From: a virus
DNA: 64,000 bases
Reading direction: 5' to 3' (one strand)
Virus record (IMG/VR): IMGVR_UViG_3300046529_000477
Span: 5,225-69,224 of that record
The position numbers and the translations under genes are program-made. The notes beneath the pieces are model-generated. The model searched no databases, had not been told where the DNA came from, and worked only from the letters and a program-made list of their open reading frames with translations. Each line of letters opens with the position of its first letter. Positions within the stretch are counted from its first letter, which is position 1. Of this stretch, positions 8,077 through 16,178 are shown piece after piece.

Positions 8077-9287
8077 TAGGACAAGAAGAAATATCCTTAG
8101 TAAATGGTCTTACTTCTTTTATGAATGAGAAGCCAATAATTTTAGATGTAGGTTCGAATAAAAGCGATTGGTCAGATATAATGATTAAAGAGTTTGGGGA
8201 TAATTGTACTATTCATTTGTTTGAACCAAATAAAATGCTTTTAGATTATAGCCGTATAAAGTATGAATACAAAAAGAATATAGTTTATAATGAAGTTGCG
8301 TTATCAAATAGAACCGGACTTGCTAATTTTTTTTACTTTGAAAATTTCAATAACGAATTATCTTCTTTACATAAACAGGATTGGTGGGAAACAGAATTAC
8401 CAATGAAAACAAGTATTGTAAAATTATGCACTGTTGATAATTACTGCCAAAAAAATAAGATTGAATTTATTGACTACTTAAAAATTGACTGCGAGGGCAA
8501 CGATTATTTTGTTTTAATAGGTGCAATGGAAATACTGAAACAAGATAAAATAAAATTTATACAAATAGAGTATGGTGGTCATTATAGGATTGTTGATGTT
8601 AAATTTGCAGACATAATAAAACAAATGAATGAATTGGGTTATAAAGTATATTCATTCCAAACAGATAATTATAATGAGATAACACTTGAGAACTTCACTG
8701 AAGATTACCACTACGAAAACTACATAATAACCAAAGAAGAAATACATAACTATTCAATGGATGGCGGTTGGTTGGCTGCATTTAGAGAAAGTGTGCAAGG
8801 ATTACCAAAGTTTAATTTCATATTGGAAGTAGGAAGTTATGAAGGACTTACGGCAAAGTATATGTGCCAAAATATGCTTGAAGATGATGGTAGAATGATA
8901 GTAGTTGACCCATTGAAAGATTACTATACAAAAGAAGATGATAATAATGCTTATCCCTATTTCAAACACCAATATCAAAGATGGTTAAGAAATACAAAAG
9001 GATTACCAATAGAGCTATTCAGAGATGATAGCAGAACAGTATTACCAAAATTCCATGCTTTTAGATTTGACTTTATTTTTATTGATGGTAATCATGAAGG
9101 TGAGGTTGTTTATAGAGATTCAGTAAATTGCTTGCCAATTCTTAAAGAAGGCGGTTATATCCTTTGGGATGATTATGACACTTATACAAAAGATACAAAA
9201 GCGGGAATTGATAGATTTCTAAATGAATATGAAAATCAATATATAGTAATTAAAAAAGAATATCAACTATTAATTCGCAAAAATTAA
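8073..9287 (+). CDS. Two-domain methyltransferase: FkbM family plus class I SAM (Methyltransf_24-like)
   Basis: N-half ILDVGSN, FEP, YLKIDCEG, IQIEYG; C-half LEVGSYEG, FDFIFIDGNH, LKEGGYILWDDY. Confidence 0.85.
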   Translation: MIGQEEISLVNGLTSFMNEKPIILDVGSNKSDWSDIMIKEFGDNCTIHLFEPNKMLLDYSRIKYEYKKNIVYNEVALSNRTGLANFFYFENFNNELSSLHKQDWWETELPMKTSIVKLCTVDNYCQKNKIEFIDYLKIDCEGNDYFVLIGAMEILKQDKIKFIQIEYGGHYRIVDVKFADIIKQMNELGYKVYSFQTDNYNEITLENFTEDYHYENYIITKEEIHNYSMDGGWLAAFRESVQGLPKFNFILEVGSYEGLTAKYMCQNMLEDDGRMIVVDPLKDYYTKEDDNNAYPYFKHQYQRWLRNTKGLPIELFRDDSRTVLPKFHAFRFDFIFIDGNHEGEVVYRDSVNCLPILKEGGYILWDDYDTYTKDTKAGIDRFLNEYENQYIVIKKEYQLLIRKN

Positions 9288-9290
9288 TAT

Positions 9291-10007
9291 ATGCTTATTG
9301 ACTTTAAAGAAATTGTCTCAAAATATAATCTAAATATAAGGGGTGTGATTGCGGTTGGCGCACATTATGCCGAAGAGCATGATATATACGTTGGATTAGG
9401 AATTAACAAGATTATTTATATTGAGTCATGCAATGATGCCTATGAAAAAATGGTAGATAAGTTATCAGAAAGATATGGATACCCAAATTTTCATGGAATT
9501 TTTAAACTAAGCCGAACCGATAAGATATTATTTAAAGATGGAACGGATGGGGAGATTGTATGTTTTCAAATAGCTTGTGGAGAAACTAATAGCCATAATA
9601 CCATGTATGTTTCTGATAATAATCAAGGGCAATCTAATTCACTATTAAAACCAGGATTGCATATAAATCAGCACCCAGAAGTAGTATTTACAAAGTTTGA
9701 AAATGTAATTGTCGCACCATTAGATGAAATACCATTTAAAAGAGAAGATTACAACTTACTTGTAATGGATGTGCAGGGAGCAGAAGGATTAGTTTTGAAA
9801 GGAGCAACAGAAACACTAAAGCATATTGACATAATCTATACAGAAGTAAACAGAGATTATACTTATGAAAATAATATGCTTATAGATGAAATGGATGAAT
9901 ATTTGGCTAATTTTGGTTTCGCAAGAGTTAAAACTTATTGGCCTTCACCTAATTGGAGTTGGGGTGATAGCATCTATATAAAAGAACCTTTATTATCTAT
10001 CCATTAA
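9291..10007 (+). CDS. FkbM-family methyltransferase
   Basis: GVIAVGAH.AEE, MDVQGAEGLVLKGA, IYTEVN, WGDSIY. Confidence 0.85.
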   Translation: MLIDFKEIVSKYNLNIRGVIAVGAHYAEEHDIYVGLGINKIIYIESCNDAYEKMVDKLSERYGYPNFHGIFKLSRTDKILFKDGTDGEIVCFQIACGETNSHNTMYVSDNNQGQSNSLLKPGLHINQHPEVVFTKFENVIVAPLDEIPFKREDYNLLVMDVQGAEGLVLKGATETLKHIDIIYTEVNRDYTYENNMLIDEMDEYLANFGFARVKTYWPSPNWSWGDSIYIKEPLLSIH

Positions 10008-10018
10008 AAACAAAAAAT

Positions 10019-10336
10019 ATGGCAAAGAAAACCGTTACGCCAAAAGCGACAAAAAAGGTAAAGGCAAAAACATCAAAACCAAAGCCTGAAAAAAATGTTG
10101 AAGTAGAAGTATTAGACATTAAAATTGCAAGACCAATACTTGAATTTATAGACAATGAAGATAGATACCAAGAATATAGTCTTGAAGGCATAGTTGATGC
10201 AGTTATGTCAAGAATAGGGGCTGAAAGACAAGATATTGAATCAACAATGTTGGAGTTAAAAAAATATAAATATGTTAAACAAGAAGGTAATAACACCTTT
10301 GAGTTAACTAAAAAAGGCAAAGATTTATTACAATAA
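10019..10336 (+). CDS. Lys-rich N-terminus plus winged-helix-like domain
   Basis: MAKKTVTPKATKKVKAK; ends L...KYV......FELTKKGKDLL. Confidence 0.55.
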   Translation: MAKKTVTPKATKKVKAKTSKPKPEKNVEVEVLDIKIARPILEFIDNEDRYQEYSLEGIVDAVMSRIGAERQDIESTMLELKKYKYVKQEGNNTFELTKKGKDLLQ

Positions 10337-10354
10337 CAATTAAAAACAAAAAAA

Positions 10355-10516
10355 ATGAAAAAGGCACATCCAGGTTTTAAAGCTGTACAAGCAAAAATTC
10401 AAGGCGAAGGTTATTCTAAACAAGTTGCGGGCGCTATATTGGCATCAAAAACAAGGGCTGCCAGTCCTGCTGCCAAAGCTAAGAATCCAAATCTTAACAG
10501 GGTTAAAGGCAAGTAA
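10355..10516 (+). CDS. Small basic protein, 53 aa (absent from the ORF track)
   Basis: MKKAHPGFKAVQAKIQGEGYSKQVAGAILASKTRAASPAAKAKNPNLNRVKGK; A-rich leader; stop abuts the next ATG. Confidence 0.8.
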   Translation: MKKAHPGFKAVQAKIQGEGYSKQVAGAILASKTRAASPAAKAKNPNLNRVKGK

Positions 10517-11362
10517 ATGGTACAAACTCCCGATTGGGTACGTCCTCATATTAATGTTGATTATCCAAGTTGTAATAAGTTAATTTTTGAGGAATGGTTT
10601 TATGAAAATTATGATGGAGATGTTTCTGAAAGGGAGTATTTACCTATCTTCTTTACAAGTTATCAGGTAAATAATTCGTATGGGCAAGATAAGGTAGCAA
10701 TGCAACGATTACAAGATTATGTAGATACATTACCAAATGATAAGAAATACCATACTTCTTGTCAATACGATGATGGGGTAGGTGTAGATTGGAAAGGGAA
10801 AGATGTACTTGAATTTAATATGAGCAAAGTTGGCGAAAACAAATATCCATTGCCGCTTATTGGTCAACCATATCCCTATAAATTTAGTGGTGAAAAAAAA
10901 TATTTGGCAAATTTTATCGGCTCAATGACTCACCCAATCAGAGAACACGCTAAAACATTAATAGGCAAAGAAGGTTATTATATTTCTTTTGACTATCATA
11001 ATCCTTATGAATATTGTAAGATAATTTCAGAATCATATTTTACTCTTTGTTATCGTGGTTATGGGATAAATAGCTTTAGAATAGCAGAGGCATTACAATA
11101 TGGCAGTATCCCGATTTACATTTCGGATAAATTTTTAATTCCACATAAAATAGCCTTTAATATTTATGGAATAACAATAGAAGAAAAATATTTAAATGAA
11201 GCTGACAATTGGTTTACAGGTAATCCTATTAATTCTTTGAAAATTAATTATGAAAGTTGGCATAAACAAAAGCTTGAAATATTACCTAAAATATATCAAT
11301 ATTACTATACCTACGAAGGAACAAAAGATAAAATATTAAAACATTTACAAACTATAAAATAA
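10517..11362 (+). CDS. Exostosin-like glycosyltransferase (GT47)
   Basis: F.GS.THPIR, SYFTLCYRGYG..SFRIAEALQYGSIPIYISD. Confidence 0.85.
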   Translation: MVQTPDWVRPHINVDYPSCNKLIFEEWFYENYDGDVSEREYLPIFFTSYQVNNSYGQDKVAMQRLQDYVDTLPNDKKYHTSCQYDDGVGVDWKGKDVLEFNMSKVGENKYPLPLIGQPYPYKFSGEKKYLANFIGSMTHPIREHAKTLIGKEGYYISFDYHNPYEYCKIISESYFTLCYRGYGINSFRIAEALQYGSIPIYISDKFLIPHKIAFNIYGITIEEKYLNEADNWFTGNPINSLKINYESWHKQKLEILPKIYQYYYTYEGTKDKILKHLQTIK

Positions 11363-11369
11363 AACAATT

Positions 11370-11762
11370 ATGGCTACTATTTCAAAATTTAATCGAGCAG
11401 AAGGCGATCCGATTCAAGCAAAAGAAGAAACAGTTACAGAAGAAACAAAAGAAGTTCCCAAAGCAACTTATACAATCAATTCGCCAAGATTTCAACCAAA
11501 ACCAAGAATGTCTCCCGAAGATGAATACAAAGACGTTTTAAAACAGATTGAACTTGCAAAAGCAAATAATCAAGCATCTCTCATAATCAAGTATGATTTG
11601 CAAGATTTAGCATGGCAAAAACTATCACAAGCCGGATATAAAATAGAACGAAGAGTATTAGATAAAGCAGTTCAAGACAGTGAATTTGGCAAAGAGAAAG
11701 ACCCAAATAAAGTAGAGTTTGAAATTAATCTTAGAGAATTTAATCAAGCCTATTTCAAGTGA
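11370..11762 (+). CDS. Hypothetical protein
   Basis: Operon-packed ORF. Confidence 0.6.
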   Translation: MATISKFNRAEGDPIQAKEETVTEETKEVPKATYTINSPRFQPKPRMSPEDEYKDVLKQIELAKANNQASLIIKYDLQDLAWQKLSQAGYKIERRVLDKAVQDSEFGKEKDPNKVEFEINLREFNQAYFK

Positions 11763-12409
11763 GTTGGCAAGATTATTTTCCAAAGATAATAGTGCCAAAT
11801 TTAGCCGAAAGAAAAGATAGGTTTACCAGAATGAAACAAATGCTTTTTGATTATGGCATTGAAGCTGTAATTTCAGAAGCAACAAGACATGAAGATGGTA
11901 GATTGGGACTAATTATAACGATGAAAGAAATTTTCAAATGGTGCTTAGAACAGAATTTTAAAAGGGTAATAATATTTGAAGATGATTGTGATATTATTGT
12001 AAATGTAGATGAATTTCATTCAGTTATGGATAATTGCTGCGAAGATTTGAAAAATATGAATTGGGATTTATTTTATATGGGAGTGCAGCATCCGGCATCA
12101 TTTTTTAAATGGGCAACACCCAACTTATTAAGGGTTTCAATGGGATTTAGTACTCATGCAGTGGGGTATTCAAGAAGGGCAATGGAATTTGTTTTACAGT
12201 CTCATATTGATGAACCATTTGATAATTTCTTAGTCAGAGAATTTCAGAAATATAATACTTCATATTGTTCATATCCAATACTTTGCAGCCAAATAGCAGG
12301 TCATTCAGATATATGTAAAGATTGGATTGATTGGAGTCAATTTATTAAACCTACATTTGATAAAAACGTAAAAGATATTTTACACGCAAGATTTAAAACA
12401 GAACTATGA
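11759..12409 (+). CDS. Glycosyltransferase family 25
   Basis: NLAERKDR, IFEDD, WDLFYMG, STHAVGYS. Confidence 0.85.
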   Translation: MSWQDYFPKIIVPNLAERKDRFTRMKQMLFDYGIEAVISEATRHEDGRLGLIITMKEIFKWCLEQNFKRVIIFEDDCDIIVNVDEFHSVMDNCCEDLKNMNWDLFYMGVQHPASFFKWATPNLLRVSMGFSTHAVGYSRRAMEFVLQSHIDEPFDNFLVREFQKYNTSYCSYPILCSQIAGHSDICKDWIDWSQFIKPTFDKNVKDILHARFKTEL

Positions 12410-12574
12410 ACAAAAAGGCGATAGATATTTATATCAACAAATTTAAGAAGAAAGACGAATATATTCGTTCCTGTAATAGTTCTTTGGGTAAAATAGAATT
12501 TTACCCATTCAAAGACAAGAGTGGAAATATTATACAAAAATCGTCTTTAATAAAAGTAAAACTAAAATAGAAAT

Positions 12575-12844
12575 ATGAAATTTACAAAATTCACTCCTTA
12601 CGGGAAAAGATGTATGATAAAGTTAGATAGTTCAAAAGATATGACAGAAGGCGGCATTATCATTCCCGATAGCGCACAAAGACCAAGTAACACAGCAACG
12701 GTTATTTCCATTGGTGAAAGCTGTCAAAAGGCAAGAGTAGGAACAAAAATATTAATTCCGCAAAATGCAGGTACAGAAATAGAAATGATGAATGGGACAT
12801 ATTTCCTAATAATGGAAGATGATATTGATGGCGAATTAGAATGA
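12575..12844 (+). CDS. groES: Co-chaperonin GroES
   Basis: P.GKR.MIK....TEGGIIIPDSAQ...ATVISIG...AGTEI....YFLIMEDDI. Confidence 0.9.
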   Translation: MKFTKFTPYGKRCMIKLDSSKDMTEGGIIIPDSAQRPSNTATVISIGESCQKARVGTKILIPQNAGTEIEMMNGTYFLIMEDDIDGELE

Positions 12845-12883
12845 TTTTGTTTTCATGGTTTATAGCAATTGTTAGTTCGGTTT

Positions 12884-12916
12884 ATGCCTCCTATTTTCAT
12901 AGGGGGCATTTTTTTT
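12884..12916 (+). terminator. Intrinsic terminator
   Basis: ATGCCTCCTAT-TTTC-ATAGGGGGCAT followed by a T tract. Confidence 0.8.
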
Positions 12917-12939
12917 GTCAATATATTTAAAATATACTA

Positions 12940-12963
12940 TAATTTTACTTGACCAAAACTAAT
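12940..12963 (+). promoter_or_regulatory. Late promoter/leader motif copy
   Basis: TAATTTTAC-TTG-ACCAAAACTAAT. Confidence 0.65.
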
Positions 12964-12968
12964 TTTTT

Positions 12969-13820
12969 TTGATAACTCCATTAAATAGTGTCTTTCTGTC
13001 CTTAGATAAGGCTTTGAATGATGAAATATTACTTGAAGGTGGTCTAAAACTTTATTTGGATGGCAATTTTAACCCTGAATGGAACGCAACAGTAACAGGA
13101 AAAGTTGCAGGAATACCAAAGCATCCAACCGGATTATGTGCAGAAGTATGCAGCAAAATAAAGGTGGGTGATGAAATTGCATTTTCATATAGAGTTGTAA
13201 GTGATAGGTGCTTTAATAAGGTGAATGATTACTTCATGCAGACCAAATCGGGCAATCCCTATCAAGAAAAGTTCACCAACTTCAAAAAAGATATTCTTAC
13301 TATAACCACAATGCCCCCTGCTTTCAATAAATTCAGTAAGATTTGGATAGGGTTATTGACAGACAAAAACGGCAAATGGATTGATGGCACACAAGGAAAT
13401 GAAAGTGAAATTGAACGTTGGAAAAGTCAATTCAATTTTTCAGGTGTGCAAGATTTAGGATTCAATAACCTACTATTTGCCGATAAGCAAAACCTTTGGC
13501 GTTGCCAATTCACAGAAATATTAGCCAGGAAAGTAGGAGATAAAATCATTGCAATTAATGATAGGGTTATATGTGAAAAAATAGAAGAAGATGTAAAGCA
13601 TAAAATAGAACTACAAGAAGGAATTGCATTGCCTTTCCATGATGTAAAAATGAGATATATAGATAGGGGCAAAATGGTTTCAGGTGGTGAAGATATGGGT
13701 TTCAAAAAAGGAGACATTCTTTCATTTGAGCCGCAATATTGTGAAAAATATGACTTGTGGGGTAAGAAGTATATGCTAATCAAAAAAAGAAGGGTACAAG
13801 GAATTTGGAGTTTAGGGTAA
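12969..13820 (+). CDS. Extended GroES-like protein (two GroES-like halves with an insertion)
   Basis: LEGGLKLYLD...TGKV..P...IKVGDEIAF; C-terminal INDRVICEKI...G.KKGDIL.F...Y....KKYMLI. Confidence 0.65.
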   Translation: MITPLNSVFLSLDKALNDEILLEGGLKLYLDGNFNPEWNATVTGKVAGIPKHPTGLCAEVCSKIKVGDEIAFSYRVVSDRCFNKVNDYFMQTKSGNPYQEKFTNFKKDILTITTMPPAFNKFSKIWIGLLTDKNGKWIDGTQGNESEIERWKSQFNFSGVQDLGFNNLLFADKQNLWRCQFTEILARKVGDKIIAINDRVICEKIEEDVKHKIELQEGIALPFHDVKMRYIDRGKMVSGGEDMGFKKGDILSFEPQYCEKYDLWGKKYMLIKKRRVQGIWSLG

Positions 13821-14102
13821 ATAAATCATATCAATGGGATTAAAACAGATAACAGGGTAGAAAATTTAGAATGGTGTGATAATAGATATAATTCAAATCA
13901 TGCTATTAAATTAGGACTTAGAGTAGCAAATAAAGGCGAAAAACATGGTATGAGTAAATTAACGGATATTCAAGTAATAGAAATAAGAAAACTATATCAA
14001 ACAAAAAAGTATAGAAGAGTAACTTTAAGTAAAATGTTTTCTATAAGTGGAACAAATATATCTGATATTATCAATTATAATACATGGCAGCACGTTCAAT
14101 AA
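13821..14102 (+). pseudogene. N-terminally truncated HNH homing endonuclease
   Basis: Open frame INHINGIKTDNRVENLEWCDN..N..HA....GEKHGMSKLTDIQVIEIRK...TWQHVQ; no ATG ahead of the HNH motif. Confidence 0.8.
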
Positions 14103-14728
14103 ATGACGTTTACAATTTTCTTGTTTACATAGTGAGAAAATCTCGCGGTGTTATGCTCACTATTCCTGAAGCTATGGCTGCACTTGATACAGGGCAATTA
14201 GACGCAGTAGAAACATGGTTTTCCGCTTATGGAGAAACACAACAATTACATGATGCCATTAGAAAACTAAGAGTATATCAGCCATTTACAAGTGATAGCG
14301 CAGGGATTGTTACATTCCCAGATGATTATAATCACTTAATAGGAACACCATTTACAATATTTGGAAGTTCAGTTACACAGGTAACATTCTTTGAAGAAGA
14401 TGAATTTGCCTTTGCATTGACCAACCAAGTAAGAGTAGTTTCAGATGATTACCCAATAGTTGTAAATGTTGCTAATGGATTTTCTATTTATCCTCAACAT
14501 TTACAGATAGGGGCTTATTGGTATTTGCGCAGACCTGCAACACCTGTATTAGCAGTAACAACAGTTGGAAGGACAATAACATACGACCCAATAAACAGTG
14601 TTCAATTAGAGTTTTCTGATTCATATATCAACAATATAATTGGGCGTTCATTGGTGTATGTGGGTGTTAATATGAATGAACAAGATGTATCAGCATTTGC
14701 AGAAATGTATAATAAAGAAACACAATAA
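14084..14728 (+). CDS. Putative tail ring/adaptor protein
   Basis: First of three ~210-260 aa genes before the muzzle gene; FPDDY..L and YLRRP..P motifs typical of crAss-like ring proteins. Confidence 0.6.
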   Translation: MAARSINDVYNFLVYIVRKSRGVMLTIPEAMAALDTGQLDAVETWFSAYGETQQLHDAIRKLRVYQPFTSDSAGIVTFPDDYNHLIGTPFTIFGSSVTQVTFFEEDEFAFALTNQVRVVSDDYPIVVNVANGFSIYPQHLQIGAYWYLRRPATPVLAVTTVGRTITYDPINSVQLEFSDSYINNIIGRSLVYVGVNMNEQDVSAFAEMYNKETQ

Positions 14729-15393
14729 TGGTAACAAAAAAAATCATATCCGACCAAATTTTGCTTAGATTATATGGTGGATATAGAGATACAAATGCAC
14801 CTGTTGATGAACGTGATATTTGGAGAGCATTAGAAGAACTAATTAATACCGTTTTAAAATCTCAACATTTCTCACAAACATTACCCAGTGGTGAAACGAT
14901 ACCTGAAAATTTAATGATAGGCATTTATGAGAATGTAGCAACAATAAGCACAACAACAGGCAAATCAAAAGCTGTTTTGCCAATAACTCCAATATCATTA
15001 CCAAGAAACTTAGGCATATATCAAATCTATGATAGTCAGCATCCTGATAGTCCATTTATACCTTTATTAGCGGGGCAAAAAGCATTATTAAAAACAGATG
15101 CTTTACTTTCTGATTTATTGGGGCAAGTGTCTTATGAGCCAAAAGGAACAACAATAATATTCAATAAAGATTTGCCATTATACGGGATAAGTTCGATAAC
15201 AATGGAACTGATTGTAATGGATATAAGCCTTTACGGAATTAATGATATTCTTCCAATTCCTGCGGACTATACGGCAGGGATAATAGAGCAATTAATGACA
15301 ATATTCAGTGCAGTAGTTGCAGAAGATGCGGAAGTTAACCCTTATACTAACGCAGGACAACAGACAACATTAACTAACCCTCAACGTAAATAA
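14728..15393 (+). CDS. Putative tail ring protein
   Basis: Size and synteny. Confidence 0.55.
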   Translation: MVTKKIISDQILLRLYGGYRDTNAPVDERDIWRALEELINTVLKSQHFSQTLPSGETIPENLMIGIYENVATISTTTGKSKAVLPITPISLPRNLGIYQIYDSQHPDSPFIPLLAGQKALLKTDALLSDLLGQVSYEPKGTTIIFNKDLPLYGISSITMELIVMDISLYGINDILPIPADYTAGIIEQLMTIFSAVVAEDAEVNPYTNAGQQTTLTNPQRK

Positions 15394-15395
15394 CA

Positions 15396-16172
15396 ATGGT
15401 ATTCTACACACTCGATGCGATAACAAGAAATTACCTTATAAGAAAGGGTTATCCATTACAATATTATATGCAGGGATTGGTTTATAGTGCCGCTTGCTTA
15501 CGTGAGTTAACCATTGATGATTTGAAAATTATTAATACAAAAGTTTTACCTGTTAACCAAGATAACAATCAAGTAGAGTTACCTTATGATTATGTAAATT
15601 ATATTCAGATAGGCATGGAAACGGGGCAAAAGATACAGCCATTAGTAGAATTAAATAGTCTCAATCCTGTTCCTGCATACACAAGTACATTTCAACCAAC
15701 AACCTATCAAACAAGACAAAATACTCAAAATGGAAATGTGTTATATTATGGCTATCTATTACCATTACTTTGGAATACGATAACATGGAATGAGTATGGT
15801 GAAAATATAGGTAGATTATTTGGATGGGGACAAGGTTCACAACCCGACACATTTACAATAGTAAAAGAGTTAGGCATAATACAAGTAAATAATGACGTAA
15901 CCGTAGATAAAATTGTCTTGAAATATATCAGTGATGGGCAAAGTGCAGATGCAGCTACACAAATCCCTTCTGAAGCATACGACACAATTCTAACTTACAT
16001 AGCATGGCAATTTAAAGAACATTCAAGGTCTTATAGTGAAGGCGAGAAAGAAAGAACAAGACAAGAATATTTAACAGCAAGAGGAATATTGAGAGCAAGA
16101 ATGAATGATTTAACAATGGAAAAGATAATGCGCATATTCCAAAAGAATTACTATGCAGCCGCAAAAAGCTAA
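15396..16172 (+). CDS. Putative tail ring/tubular protein
   Basis: ELPYDYVNY..IG, IVLKYISDG, YIAW motifs. Confidence 0.6.
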   Translation: MVFYTLDAITRNYLIRKGYPLQYYMQGLVYSAACLRELTIDDLKIINTKVLPVNQDNNQVELPYDYVNYIQIGMETGQKIQPLVELNSLNPVPAYTSTFQPTTYQTRQNTQNGNVLYYGYLLPLLWNTITWNEYGENIGRLFGWGQGSQPDTFTIVKELGIIQVNNDVTVDKIVLKYISDGQSADAATQIPSEAYDTILTYIAWQFKEHSRSYSEGEKERTRQEYLTARGILRARMNDLTMEKIMRIFQKNYYAAAKS

Positions 16173-16178
16173 AAGTAA

